The notes under the pieces were generated by a model that did not search any database, had not been told where the DNA came from, and worked only from the letters and a program-made list of their open reading frames with translations. Both the position numbers and the translations under genes were made by a program. A DNA stretch of 55,016 nt, from the IMG/VR virus record IMGVR_UViG_3300025671_000081, positions 1 to 55,016 of that record; one strand, 5' to 3'. The stretch comes from a virus. Its lineage: Duplodnaviria; Caudoviricetes. Shown here in pieces: positions 17,301-27,460 of the stretch (its first letter is position 1; each line of letters starts with the position of its first letter).

Positions 17301-20300
17301 GTAGCGATCAATGTCTTTATTGATAACGCTATGGCCAGCCCGATAATAAATATCGTCCAGCATTTCCAGATAGGCTTTACCACCCAGCTTTTCGTTCTGC
17401 TTCAGGTAGTTGATAACGCCTCCATGGCCGACTACCTCATGCAGGAATACACGCTTGGCGTGATATTGGTCCCGGATGTTTCCAGCGACGATGTAGGTTT
17501 TTCCGGTCTTGATATCGTAGGCACCGTCGGCGCTGTCGAAGTATGCACCAAGGTCAATCTTGACGCGCCCGGGCAGATCCAGACTTGTCTCCACCACTTC
17601 AACGGAATCCATGCCTTCAGCCATATTCTCAAGCCATCCACGCACCTGCTTGGCGGTGCTTCGGGTTTGTACTCGGGATTTTCCGCTGAACTGGCTGGCG
17701 AGTGAGCGGATCTCTGCGCTCACGTCGTCGGAGAGGGATGCAAGGATGGTCTTGTCACCATCCTTTCTCGCCTCAATCGTCTCAAATATTTCATCAAAGG
17801 CTTTCTCTACAGGAAGAAGTTCTGACTCTCTGAGATACGGATACCTCTCTGCGTCTCTCGCAAACTCAGACTCTGGTGTCACATTCGCCAGAAAATCGTT
17901 CCTGTTTCCCTTTTTAGCAAGAGAGGCAATTACGTAGTTCTCAAAGGAGCGAGCGGCCAGCTCAATAATCTGTGACCAATACGCATTAGGCTTGCTATCA
18001 ATCTTCAAAGACCGCTGTCTTACGGGTGAAGAATTTAGAACGCTTGCCAGATCAGCAAACTTCTTCTCCACTTCCGGCCTCACCCCCTCGGGATGGCTCT
18101 TATCTCTTTCCCATTCTGAATCAGCAAAATCCCCATTATTCCCATAATTTTTCTGGTATCGCTCTAATTCAAACTTAGTTAGCCTTGCGCCTCTGATTTT
18201 CTTATTGACCATCATCGGCTCAGGTCTGAAAGTAATATAATTACCCTGTCCTTTGGCGGGCTCCTGCCCCCTTTTTCTCCAAAAGTAGTTATCGAGAGCA
18301 TGGAACCACTCATGGGCCAGCGAACCTGAACCCTGAGTTTTTGTCAGGTTGATCACCATCGACCAGGGCTCGTAATGAGCAGCGGCACGCCCGCCCCTAC
18401 CTCTTGAGCCAAACCCGATACCAAGCTGTCCACCCAGCCCTATAGCCTCTGGCGGGATATTCAGAGTGTCCGCAAGATCCATAAACGCATCATACGCGGC
18501 GTTGATAAGCCCTTGTCGCTCCCTTCCTCCCTTTCCTTGCTTGACCCAATTACCAAACTCAGCCCCTCGGATTGAGAACCTTTCGATAAACTCTTGAGGT
18601 GATACGTCCTTTCCTGATCTCCAATCTTCACCGACACGGGCCTTATTTTTTGAGCCTCGTGTATCTGCCTTTGATACGTTGTCCCGCGCCTTTACTGATT
18701 CCCATGCATTTACCAAATCATCATATCCGTCAATGATGTATGACCTAGCCTCGCCCAGGGTGTCGAACGTCTTGAGTGCGCGGCGTTCGCGATCACCTTT
18801 CTTGTTGATATAGAACTTCTTCCCGCCACCGGATGATCGTACTTCAAACTTCATCGACCGTTCTTTAGTCGCGGGCTCCCCAAGATACTCAGATACAGGG
18901 GCAGTAAGGTCAGAAACTGACTCCATGCCGTAGAAAGCCTTTCGTTTACCATCGATTTCTACGTCATACCAGCTTCCAGGAATCATCTCACCGCTTTCGT
19001 CACGATACTTCCCGCTCGCTCTTGATACCCTTTTTATTCTGTCCCACTGCTTCCTATCGACGGCAGACAAAAGCTCCACCTTGTCCGCAAGATTTCTCAG
19101 GGCACCTCCCTTTTCGCGCATCACCGAAATAAGTGATTCAGCCCCTTCGCCGGAAGCAAGCTCTAACAACTCACGAACAGACTTGACTGAATCGACCCAG
19201 CGCTTGAGGCGACCCCTTACCCGTGGCTTGTTCGGTATCTCATCTCGAACCACCTTGTACAGTGCTGCCTGCTTAACGTCTTCAATTTTGTTAATTTCCC
19301 CTTTCGGGAACAACTGAGAGAGCGTTGAATCCGCTATACCCTGATCATCCAAATCGGAAAGTCTTTCGGTCGCAGTGCGAAGCTCATCTTTTCTTGCGCC
19401 ACCCAACTTCTCACCAACATCATCGATGTCAGAATCAGGGGTGGAAAGGGCAGAATCAACCTCCACATCAGGCCCAAAGTCATCATTCACCTCAGTAGCG
19501 CTTGCCCGTGGCGCATCAGCAATGTCAGAGTTCCCAGCCTCCGCTGCGCCCTCTGGTACCGGATGAAGCTCGAAACCACCTTCTACTTCTACCAGCTCGT
19601 AACCTGGGTGCTTCTTCAGGGCTTTACGGGCTGCGCCTTTGTTCTTGTAAGGGTTCCCAGCGCTGTTGCGGATGATGGGCTTATCGTCTTTCTCTGGAGC
19701 TGCCTGTTCAGCCTGATCTGGCTCGCCATACTCTTCACGCAAAGAAGCCCATGCCTGACGGTTCACGCCTTCTGGCGAATCGCTGTTCAGCTCATTGAAC
19801 TGCTCAAATGACAGTGCCGACTGCGCTCGATCTACGTCAGTCTCATATTGATCTTCAATGCGCTGCATTGCGGATTCGTAGCCAGGCGAAGAAGGCTTCA
19901 GCCCTTCAGCTCTGGCCATCTTTTTCAGATAAGCCTTGCGAGTGGCTGTAAGAATTTCAGGAAGGTCAGGGGCTGGTTTTTGTGCGGGCTTTGATTTTTG
20001 TTTGCTTTCCTTTTTCGGACCCTCAGAACGAGAAACCCCGGCAGGTGCCGGGGTTTTTTCTGGTTCATTACCTTGGGAGCTTTCTGGATTATCTGGGGAG
20101 TTATTTCGCGCCTCTTGAAGCAAATCACTCTGTCCAGCCGCTGCAGCCTGATCTGCCTCAGTATCTGACCCCGCCAAGGCAAACGAATCCACCTCTGCGT
20201 CTGCCTTTGCTTTCTGCTGAGATTTCCGTTCAGTTTCTGAATTTACCTTCTCGGCCTGCTGGCGCTCTTCTTCCTTCTGGCGAAGGTCTTCTTCCGTGTA

Positions 20301-23102
20301 GGACGTTAAGAGTTCTTCTTCGGCTTCCGGTTCGCTTTCGCTTTTGACCCACTCTGGCTCTTCACCTCGGTCGGCGGATTCTTTTTCCAGTGCTCGTTGA
20401 TTTGCAGCGCGTACAATACTTGCGGGTGTAATTTCTTGTCCATTCTTATGCGCCTCGGTCGCAACAAATAATCTCAGGCTGAACTCTACAGGATCGTCAC
20501 CGAATTGCTTGGCAACTTCAGTAACAACATTCTCAGGCAGCCCGGAATCCAGAGCTTCGCGAATGTCATCAGCAAGTGCATGCCCTACACCGTTACCGCC
20601 CGGCACGGCCTCATAGTCAGTATCAGTAAAACGCTGATCGCCAGAGGATGCAATACGCTTTATCGCATCAGAGTATCGCTGAGGCACGGGATCAGAGTCA
20701 GCAAATCCCGCCTCTTGCGGCGTCATTTCACCGCGCATTACCTTGCGGAATTTGACCAGGTCTTCACGTTCTGGTCTGGCTTGAGTTCGAGCGTATTCAT
20801 TACGATTTTCGGTAATATGATCCAGAGCGTAACGAACGGCACGGGCCTGACCTCTGCCAAGCGGTCGCCCCTTCAGAGCCTGATCAATCGTCTTCTTCAG
20901 TCCCTTCACACCCAGACGCTTTACATTATCCGGAGCGTCCTGAAACCATTTTGGGTTTTGTGACGGCGTGCGCTTAACAATCTTGTCGTTACTGTCTCGG
21001 ACGTATGTTACCCCGCCACCAGGAACGAGATCACCGGCCATATTCTCAAGGCCAGAGCGGAAGTAAGAGCGCAGGAGACGGCCATCATCAAGCCCTTTCG
21101 GCAACTTGTGCTTGCGGATCTGATCTTTCACTCGGTCAGACAATTCGTCAGCCCGATCACCGCCAGCAAAATCAATGCCGCGCTCCGGCTCATAATCCTG
21201 AATGGCCAGCCCTGACTGATCACGCTCCTGGCGCTCAAAATCTATAGGCGCATTAGGCCCCGGCAGCTCTTCAACGTCAACAACTGGCGGCACCGGCTCC
21301 TGATCTATAGTGATCTCATCGACAGGAATTTCTTCAATGTCTTCAGGGCGCATTCTGGCTGGCGCATTGCCAGGGTCTTGCCCTTGCTGCTCAGTCATTG
21401 CCCGTTCGATTTGCTGGCGAGCCGCTTTGGCTTCTTCTGTGGTGCCCATGTAGTACGGTGCATCCACAGAGTCAGGAATCAGCGTTGACGGATCGGGCTC
21501 ATAGTCAGAAACTTCAGGCTGAAGGTTATTAACCCGAACTCTATCCATTTCATCGTAGCTTTCCTGAGTCCGCTCCAGATACTCACCGATAGCAACATAC
21601 TCTGCCGGAAGCTGAGATTTCGGCTCAGAGGCTTCTGCGTCACGCTGCCCCATCTGGGTAACTTCGCGATAAATCTTCAGTGCGCGCTCATTGAAGCGCT
21701 TAGCTGATTCGGTATCACCTTCGTTAGCGAACTCTTCCGCCATCTGGAAATTACGCTTAGCTGCACGCAATCGGACAGCCTCATCCTCAAAGCCCTGCTG
21801 TTCGGCGATTCTGATATCGTCATCAATGCCACGATATTGACCACGCTCCGCCTTGACCTGCTCTACTGCCTGTTCCAACGGCGGCATAGGCTGCACCTGA
21901 GCGTATGACTCCTGTGCATTCTCTTCTTGAGCTGGTTCGCCCTCAGTCAACTCGCTGGTCTGCTCCTGAATGGACGGCTTCTCTCTTGGAGTGCCTTTCG
22001 TGAGCGCCCCCATAACGCCACCCATGCCGGCGCCAAGAACACCCTCATTCAGTGCATTGGTTGCAACGCCTTCCATCAAGTCGCGATCAGTGTCCACGCC
22101 CTCATTCACCATGGCGCGGTTAATGTTGAATTGCTCCATACCGCCCTGAGCCGCTTCGGGGATACCTTGACCAATCGCCTGCATTCCGGCATTCGTCAGT
22201 CGCTTACCAGTGCCAACGCCTCGAATGAGATTGTCGATGTAACGACCGCCGATGGCATCCAGCGTCAGGTTTGCGGTGATAGTAAGAGGGTCAGCCTGAA
22301 CCGACGTAGCAACACGCTCTGCCAGCGCCTTGGTCGCGGTTTTCCGCAATTCACTGACCGTTGCATTAGGGTTCTGCTGATGCAGCTGGTAGTACAGCTT
22401 TCGGAATTCATTCGATTCATCAAGATCAGAATCCTCAAGATTCATAATCTCATCACGAACCTGAATACCCATCTGACCGCCGGTAATGCCAGCACCTGCG
22501 AGCGCCTGACCAGTAACACCAGCGCCAGAGCGAATCATGCTTTTGGCATATTCCTGAGCCGCTTCTTTGGTCATGCCTTTGGCCATGCCGCGCTCGATCA
22601 GGTTTTTCGTAACAACCTTCGCGCCAACTTTGGCTACCGCACCGGTAAAACCAAAACCAGTTACAACCTGACCGGCCAACTGACCAGCCATATTGGAAAA
22701 CTGCAGACCTATCGATTCAGGGTCTGACCAGGCTTCGCCAAATTGTACGTCGCCGTTTTCGTCCTCTGAGAAAAACTGCTTACCCATCGCCTCGCGGCCA
22801 GAGTCAGACATCTGGTCAATCTGACCTTCTGCCCAGTTCTGAGTCGCGTCACGCAATTTCCCAGCGGTTTCTGAGCCGGTGATCTGGTAAACAGTTTCCG
22901 CCATGCCAGCGGCAGACTGGCCTGCCCCCATCTGGAAGACATCGACGGCGTCACCACCGAAACCCTGCTCGCCATCTTCAGCAATGCGCTGAGCTTCAAC
23001 GTCTGCCGCGGTTTTTCTGTTGGAGAATCCGCCTGACATGGGCGGTGGATTTTGATAGGCGATGTCGTATAGGGAAGGAGACTTACTTTTGGTATCCGTC
23101 AT
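14385..23102 (-). CDS. giant internal virion/DNA-ejection polyvalent protein (LPD1-like, metallopeptidase-like and LPD38-like domains)
   Basis: 2905 aa at end of virion operon; RGAEFGNWV..AAAHYEP..INLTK..SLAHEWFHALD; HEVVGHGG; C-terminal IPKPFEVG. Confidence 0.8.
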   Translation of the reverse strand: MTDTKSKSPSLYDIAYQNPPPMSGGFSNRKTAADVEAQRIAEDGEQGFGGDAVDVFQMGAGQSAAGMAETVYQITGSETAGKLRDATQNWAEGQIDQMSDSGREAMGKQFFSEDENGDVQFGEAWSDPESIGLQFSNMAGQLAGQVVTGFGFTGAVAKVGAKVVTKNLIERGMAKGMTKEAAQEYAKSMIRSGAGVTGQALAGAGITGGQMGIQVRDEIMNLEDSDLDESNEFRKLYYQLHQQNPNATVSELRKTATKALAERVATSVQADPLTITANLTLDAIGGRYIDNLIRGVGTGKRLTNAGMQAIGQGIPEAAQGGMEQFNINRAMVNEGVDTDRDLMEGVATNALNEGVLGAGMGGVMGALTKGTPREKPSIQEQTSELTEGEPAQEENAQESYAQVQPMPPLEQAVEQVKAERGQYRGIDDDIRIAEQQGFEDEAVRLRAAKRNFQMAEEFANEGDTESAKRFNERALKIYREVTQMGQRDAEASEPKSQLPAEYVAIGEYLERTQESYDEMDRVRVNNLQPEVSDYEPDPSTLIPDSVDAPYYMGTTEEAKAARQQIERAMTEQQGQDPGNAPARMRPEDIEEIPVDEITIDQEPVPPVVDVEELPGPNAPIDFERQERDQSGLAIQDYEPERGIDFAGGDRADELSDRVKDQIRKHKLPKGLDDGRLLRSYFRSGLENMAGDLVPGGGVTYVRDSNDKIVKRTPSQNPKWFQDAPDNVKRLGVKGLKKTIDQALKGRPLGRGQARAVRYALDHITENRNEYARTQARPEREDLVKFRKVMRGEMTPQEAGFADSDPVPQRYSDAIKRIASSGDQRFTDTDYEAVPGGNGVGHALADDIREALDSGLPENVVTEVAKQFGDDPVEFSLRLFVATEAHKNGQEITPASIVRAANQRALEKESADRGEEPEWVKSESEPEAEEELLTSYTEEDLRQKEEERQQAEKVNSETERKSQQKAKADAEVDSFALAGSDTEADQAAAAGQSDLLQEARNNSPDNPESSQGNEPEKTPAPAGVSRSEGPKKESKQKSKPAQKPAPDLPEILTATRKAYLKKMARAEGLKPSSPGYESAMQRIEDQYETDVDRAQSALSFEQFNELNSDSPEGVNRQAWASLREEYGEPDQAEQAAPEKDDKPIIRNSAGNPYKNKGAARKALKKHPGYELVEVEGGFELHPVPEGAAEAGNSDIADAPRASATEVNDDFGPDVEVDSALSTPDSDIDDVGEKLGGARKDELRTATERLSDLDDQGIADSTLSQLFPKGEINKIEDVKQAALYKVVRDEIPNKPRVRGRLKRWVDSVKSVRELLELASGEGAESLISVMREKGGALRNLADKVELLSAVDRKQWDRIKRVSRASGKYRDESGEMIPGSWYDVEIDGKRKAFYGMESVSDLTAPVSEYLGEPATKERSMKFEVRSSGGGKKFYINKKGDRERRALKTFDTLGEARSYIIDGYDDLVNAWESVKARDNVSKADTRGSKNKARVGEDWRSGKDVSPQEFIERFSIRGAEFGNWVKQGKGGRERQGLINAAYDAFMDLADTLNIPPEAIGLGGQLGIGFGSRGRGGRAAAHYEPWSMVINLTKTQGSGSLAHEWFHALDNYFWRKRGQEPAKGQGNYITFRPEPMMVNKKIRGARLTKFELERYQKNYGNNGDFADSEWERDKSHPEGVRPEVEKKFADLASVLNSSPVRQRSLKIDSKPNAYWSQIIELAARSFENYVIASLAKKGNRNDFLANVTPESEFARDAERYPYLRESELLPVEKAFDEIFETIEARKDGDKTILASLSDDVSAEIRSLASQFSGKSRVQTRSTAKQVRGWLENMAEGMDSVEVVETSLDLPGRVKIDLGAYFDSADGAYDIKTGKTYIVAGNIRDQYHAKRVFLHEVVGHGGVINYLKQNEKLGGKAYLEMLDDIYYRAGHSVINKDIDRYAFDYDNPDERRIAVLEYIAHLAEKGKKMGLVQRAIAALRDLIRKFNPDIDWTDTDTLALIEKGRRHLRENGSSGQDGGTLARLSDDLAEDSSLNDAEKSALSKIGPKGPVETAAEKVRGVMDGWRLKVRQGLVDRYAGLMELDKKLLDGNITSEENITRSAWARAKMSNAASGAVSAMMNAGRIFMNKDGIVDVKKDTNGLIYTLNKLGSSAEIERFMGWIAGNRGEKLMAEGRENLFTPEDIQALKGLNRGELKNGGNRNVLYEKVFKEFQQYRDDVLAIAEESGIITSENREMWANEFYVPFYRLDEDNDDTTGPRVMGGLSRQQAYKKLKGGTQNLNDLLQNTLMNLHHLVDASMKNMAAKQGIDNAVELGAAEKTVEAARDKKQSTFILRNGVKEWYDISDPMVYSSLTSLNHTGMNGYAMSAMRWFKRTFTNLTTSTPQFVVANLLRDSMSAVAVTDMSKNAASNIAQGLKSFGLLDRHGYERARLMASGGAFSFGHVYGEDADSIRYQIDGQMRRAKVIKDPKQLLSLGLKPLQAGWDRWMDVNNSLENVNRAAAFKQAEDAGKGTMYAAFQARDLMDFSAHGAWPAVRFLIDVVPFLNARLQGLDKLYRSGVKPSTKVVAQMLGVGNVETSIEEKKAAARFSAVVGALSVATMTLFAHNQDDEEYRKAPDWLKDSYWWFRIPETDHVITIPKPFEVGAIATVTERLLEQGMNDEATGKLFRERMWHMLTGTFAFSAVPQMFQPSLDVYANKDSFTGRQIETMGQSRLSKSNRVNEGTTGVAKMLSKVTTGVFGEDSNYALSPVQMDFLIGGYLGQVGAWASAIPDVAVRQFSDTEKPSVFLTEYQPIKRFYRDASRPSYTKDAELFYDSLRKADRLYADMRKYREEGDMEEYADTLRENRDLLGMRKLMNQVNRRLQEIRNRIKAIEKNGSLSAEEKRRQIDLLKLRRNHLIERVSPKLKAIDA

Positions 23103-23111
23103 GGGGCACTC

Positions 23112-24680
23112 TTAAAAAGAATCTAAGGAGGCGGATGCGTCAGACAGAGATACGATCTGCTGAGCGATGGCGTTTACTTCTTGGGCGCTGCTGGCTTTTT
23201 GTGCAGCTTCACGAAGTGATGCAATTTTTTCGTAAGATCTGTTCTGTTCAGCCTCAGCTTTTCTTCTCTTCCTTATCTGTGAGCGTCTTTGCCCGGCCAG
23301 CAAGTCTTCTCTGTCTTCAGAGGCTGCTTGTTCTTCGATGGCCTCAGTAGTTTCTTGCGGAGCATCTTCGTTGCGCCTCATGCGCCTCGTTGAGCCTGGC
23401 GGCGCAGTATCTGATACTTTCAACTCAGGCATTGGCGGTGCCTTGGCACCCAGCGGCGAACCTTCTAGTGCAGAATTTGCCAAAGACACAGCATTCTGTT
23501 GCGCCTGCGATAGCTGCTCCTGCTGCGCCAATGCTTCTTCCTCTTTGCGCTTTTCTTCGTCCTCAAGATACTTATTCCATGCAGATTTCATTTCCATCAA
23601 CTGAGGGCGGGTCAGCGGGCTGTAATCTCCTTTCTGTGCCTTGAGGTTTTGAGCGTAAATGATCTCATCCAGCGTCGCACCATAAAGAGCAACGGTATTC
23701 TGGTTAAGGCTATCCCTCGCCCTTTGTCGCTCTTCCTCTGTCATAAAGTCAGGGGAAGTATCGATTTCGTTCAGGGCTTCAAACAGTGGCTTGGTATCAA
23801 TCTGGTTTTTCTTTTGATCTTTAGGGTCGACTGCTTTAGCCCCGCCGACAATAGTGCTCTTCCCTGTCTTATTGTCGAACTGGTAAAGCACCTCTTGCCC
23901 GTTTTTGTCGTACCCTTTCTTATACTCGAAACCATCCTGCCCGGCTTGCGGAGAAAGTCGCGAACCAAAATACGCATAGTAAAGGCTATCAGCTATCGCT
24001 TTAGGGTCGCCGCCGGCTTTATCGAGCATATTTGAAACGCCACCCTGATACATAGCGGCATTGGCCATCTCTCCGAACTTTGCATCGTCAATAAGAATTA
24101 TTTCATCATCCTTGTTTGAAGACCCATTTTTTGTCATTGGGGCTCTGTAGGGTTGCCCATCCTTGCCGATCAGCTCCAACTCCAGGGCGACGCGTCCATC
24201 CTTGGTTCTCCGAGCCGCCGCAACGCGACGCTTCAGCCCGTCTTTTGCTTCACGAGCGGCCAGTTGATCAGCCAGCAAAACATCACCAGCACCAAGCAAT
24301 GCAGGGTTTTCAAGATTTCCCGTATCTAGCGCCTCTTTAAAAACGCCTCCCGCCTGCTTCATTTCCTGCCGTCTTTTTGGGTCAAAGTATTTCTTGGGCA
24401 ATAGGGACTGATATTTCTCAGAAAACTCAGGGCCCAGAGGCGTTCCTGTAACATAAGTCGCCCGAAGGTCTGTCTGCATTTCCTTCTCAAGCTGAGCACG
24501 TTCAGTTTTCTGCTTTTGGGTAGCGTACTGCTCCTCTTTCATTGCGAAAAGTTTATTTTCGCGTTCCGCAGCCTGTGCCCGCAGTTCGCGATTCTGCTTT
24601 GCATCTATCGCAGCATTGCCAAGAGAGAAGCCTTTTGCGAAGCCTGTTACGGCACTCTCTGTACTCAATCCATCTGCCAT
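23112..24680 (-). CDS. putative internal virion/ejection protein
   Basis: Helical charged 522 aa; position before giant protein. Confidence 0.65.
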   Translation of the reverse strand: MADGLSTESAVTGFAKGFSLGNAAIDAKQNRELRAQAAERENKLFAMKEEQYATQKQKTERAQLEKEMQTDLRATYVTGTPLGPEFSEKYQSLLPKKYFDPKRRQEMKQAGGVFKEALDTGNLENPALLGAGDVLLADQLAAREAKDGLKRRVAAARRTKDGRVALELELIGKDGQPYRAPMTKNGSSNKDDEIILIDDAKFGEMANAAMYQGGVSNMLDKAGGDPKAIADSLYYAYFGSRLSPQAGQDGFEYKKGYDKNGQEVLYQFDNKTGKSTIVGGAKAVDPKDQKKNQIDTKPLFEALNEIDTSPDFMTEEERQRARDSLNQNTVALYGATLDEIIYAQNLKAQKGDYSPLTRPQLMEMKSAWNKYLEDEEKRKEEEALAQQEQLSQAQQNAVSLANSALEGSPLGAKAPPMPELKVSDTAPPGSTRRMRRNEDAPQETTEAIEEQAASEDREDLLAGQRRSQIRKRRKAEAEQNRSYEKIASLREAAQKASSAQEVNAIAQQIVSLSDASASLDSF

Positions 24681-24689
24681 AACAACCTC

Positions 24690-24950
24690 TTAAAGTAATT
24701 CGTAAGCCAGGTAGCCTGCAGCGGCCCCTACAGCCATGCCAGCCGGCCCACCGATTGCGCCTGCTTGCATGCCAGCTATCATGCCCAGTCCTGCGCCAGT
24801 ACCCACAGCGCTTGCTCGGGCAGCCTTATCCGCAGCCTCAATTTGATCACCTGCAATCTCTCTCGCTTGCTCACGCTTTGCGGCATCAGCAAGGCCGGTC
24901 ATGGCGTTGTTGTTGAATTTATCCGCAACACTGATCAATCCGTAACTCAT
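24690..24950 (-). CDS. small Gly/Ala-rich virion (ejection) protein
   Basis: Glycine-zipper GTGAGLG..GGPAGMAVGAAAG. Confidence 0.7.
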   Translation of the reverse strand: MSYGLISVADKFNNNAMTGLADAAKREQAREIAGDQIEAADKAARASAVGTGAGLGMIAGMQAGAIGGPAGMAVGAAAGYLAYELL

Positions 24951-25429
24951 CAGCTACCACCTCCGCTCAGGCTGGATATGTTAGAACCGGCGATTAATTT
25001 ATTCCGACGATCAATGGCAGAGTCACGAGCGTCGCTCGCAGCCCCCGCCAGAGATACAGCTTTGGCTCGTTTAAAATCTTTGTACCTGTCGTTCTTCTGG
25101 GCACTGGATAAGCTCACTCCCATTCCGTTGGCTCTCGCTTTTTGGCCTGCATAGACAGAGTTAGACCCCAGGTTTACATTACGCTTTGCCTGACCCACCG
25201 CCCGATCAACGTAGGTGTCGTCTGTAATGTCTTTCGCGTAATCCATAATGTATTCAAGATCGTCTTCCTTGAAGGTATCCCAATCGGCGCGTATCAGTTG
25301 AGCCAGTGCGTCTTCCGCACTATTCGTTGAGATTTTTCCGTCCTCTGACTCATACCGTTTTGGACCAATATCCTCTACTGTATTTCCGAACACGGTTCGG
25401 TTTGACGAGACAAATACTGGTACTCCCAT
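24950..25429 (-). CDS. putative internal virion protein
   Basis: Synteny; Ala/Ser-rich helical. Confidence 0.65.
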   Translation of the reverse strand: MGVPVFVSSNRTVFGNTVEDIGPKRYESEDGKISTNSAEDALAQLIRADWDTFKEDDLEYIMDYAKDITDDTYVDRAVGQAKRNVNLGSNSVYAGQKARANGMGVSLSSAQKNDRYKDFKRAKAVSLAGAASDARDSAIDRRNKLIAGSNISSLSGGGS

Positions 25430-25431
25430 AA

Positions 25432-26007
25432 TTAACCCTCCGCCTCTGGCTTGTTGAGATAGTATGAAGCGCCAAGGCCAGCCGCTGTGCCAAGGCCGCT
25501 TACTGTCGCCTTGCTGGAGTTAAAGTCTGCGAACGCTTTCTGGTTAGCTTCTTCAGTTGCTCGATCGGCAATGTCACCGAGACCTATCTGAGCCTTTGTC
25601 GCCTCTCCCGTTGCCATAGCAACACGGTTGGCACGACCACCAAGGTAAGCAGAGTCGATAGAGAACTCTGCCTCTCCCATGCCTCTACCGACGACTTCAG
25701 CACCGGTTCCAGTCAGCTCGTTAAACTCAGAGGTAGATGCACCAGAGCTAGGATCAATACCCTTTTGTTGCTGCCTCACCTTTGTTGTTTTTGCCGCATC
25801 TTCCAGCGACGACATACCGGCAATATTTGCCTTGCCTCGGGCGTAATTCCGATAGCCAGAGCTACCCAGGGCATCTACCTGACTCTCATAGGCTTCTTTA
25901 ACAAAGTCCAGATCGCGAGCAATGTCGTATTGCTCGACCGCAACAGCTGCAGACTCTTTCTCTGCCTCTGTCATTTCTGGCTTGCTGCCACCGCGATTAC
26001 CACACAT
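25432..26007 (-). CDS. putative internal virion protein
   Basis: MCG.GG start, GIDPSSG, C-terminal GTAAGLG. Confidence 0.7.
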   Translation of the reverse strand: MCGNRGGSKPEMTEAEKESAAVAVEQYDIARDLDFVKEAYESQVDALGSSGYRNYARGKANIAGMSSLEDAAKTTKVRQQQKGIDPSSGASTSEFNELTGTGAEVVGRGMGEAEFSIDSAYLGGRANRVAMATGEATKAQIGLGDIADRATEEANQKAFADFNSSKATVSGLGTAAGLGASYYLNKPEAEG

Positions 26008-26011
26008 ATCG

Positions 26012-26470
26012 TTAAACCTTTATGTACATTCGACCAGACTCTGAATAGCCCAACCCATTTAGAAGCTGATAGCCAGCCTCGTTATTAAGCCCCAGTCCAA
26101 CACCCAACATTATTCTTGAAACCCCGCGCACCAGGCATTCATCCTCGTATTCTCGAATCAGGGATTTGGCGACCCCCTGTCTTTGCACCAAGGATACGAA
26201 TGCAATATCGCAGGAGAATAGAGCGTTGCTGTGATGGGGTTTAAAAATCTCCGCCAAGATAGCGCCAGATATCGCGCCTTTATCATCGACGGCAACTTTT
26301 AATATCAGGCCACCGTCACCCGAGACGGCCCGACGCATAGATAAAAGTATCGCCTCTGCGTCGTATTCATAAGTCGAAAATGAAGATGCCTTGTGGAGTG
26401 CTGAACCCAGACAGTGAAGATTTGGAATGTCCACCTCATTGGCGTCACGAACATGAAAGCCATAAGACAT
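26012..26470 (-). CDS. GNAT-like acetyltransferase-fold protein
   Basis: FV...RQGVAKSLI..Y...C..RG, L..LGY motif; start set after terminator. Confidence 0.7.
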   Translation of the reverse strand: MSYGFHVRDANEVDIPNLHCLGSALHKASSFSTYEYDAEAILLSMRRAVSGDGGLILKVAVDDKGAISGAILAEIFKPHHSNALFSCDIAFVSLVQRQGVAKSLIREYEDECLVRGVSRIMLGVGLGLNNEAGYQLLNGLGYSESGRMYIKV

Positions 26471-26483
26471 AACAATCACCCAC

Positions 26484-26517
26484 AAAAAAGCCCGGCACAG
26501 TCTCCTGGCCGGGCTTT
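26484..26517 (-). terminator. rho-independent terminator
   Basis: GCCCGGC stem plus T6 on minus strand. Confidence 0.75.
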
Positions 26518-26572
26518 GGATATAATTTAAGCAGTTTGGATAAATGTACCCCGTGCTGCGCACGCTGTAAAG

Positions 26573-27460
26573 CTAACCGCCTGAAACCTTGTATTGAACG
26601 GAATAGCTGTCTGAATTTGCCGGGTAAATCCTAACGGTTCGCAACGTATAGATATTGCTGCCCTCTGGCGGCGTGTCCGTAAGTAACGCATTCAACTGAT
26701 GAATGTATCGTTTCTCTCCATTCGGCCCGGTGTTGCTTGTTTGATGCTGCGTAGGAGTCGCAGAAGCAACGACAGAGCCACCACGGATCAGCTGAACATA
26801 AACCGCATCACCTGTTTCCGCCTTCAAAACAGAGTTCGTTGCATCCCATTCGGTATACGACTGGAATACTCCTGAAAACTCCACCTCAACACGCCCGGCA
26901 TTTTGCCAGCCAGTCGTATCAATGGTTATTTCCACATCAGCCCCGACAAGCACCCCAGATTGATAAAATGGATCTGCGGCACTCTTTATGGCTGTCGAGC
27001 TGGAAAATGGACCACTACTGTCGCCGACGTGACGAAGAAAATAGTAATAGTCAGTCGCCGGGTCTACAGCCATATCAATAAACTGGCTTCCTCCAGAAAT
27101 CCCAATACGGGTCGCTTCTGTCAGACTGTCAGTTGTCGCTCGCCAGACTTCCGTATGCCTATGACTTTCATTTAAGGGAAATGACCAGGATATCAGGATA
27201 CCACCACGAACAAGAGAGACGGACACACCAGAGGGCGCAGGTGACGAATCCGCACCGGTACTCGAATCCCCTCCTGATGATCGCCCACCATATTTGCCGA
27301 ACCCGATAATCATATTCTCAACTTCGCGACGGGATGGCCTTTCCCGCTCGTCTCTGCCTTTGCCTCTCAGTGAGTAGCCAGAAAACTCATTGATAGCGGC
27401 AACGCACTTTTCAAGCGCTCGCGGATCACGCGGGTCAATCGCCTTGTCACGCCTGCTCAT
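26573..27460 (-). CDS. tail protein with FN3-like domain
   Basis: APSGV..ILISW..HTEVWRA..FID..YYYFLRHV...GPFS. Confidence 0.65.
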   Translation of the reverse strand: MSRRDKAIDPRDPRALEKCVAAINEFSGYSLRGKGRDERERPSRREVENMIIGFGKYGGRSSGGDSSTGADSSPAPSGVSVSLVRGGILISWSFPLNESHRHTEVWRATTDSLTEATRIGISGGSQFIDMAVDPATDYYYFLRHVGDSSGPFSSSTAIKSAADPFYQSGVLVGADVEITIDTTGWQNAGRVEVEFSGVFQSYTEWDATNSVLKAETGDAVYVQLIRGGSVVASATPTQHQTSNTGPNGEKRYIHQLNALLTDTPPEGSNIYTLRTVRIYPANSDSYSVQYKVSGG

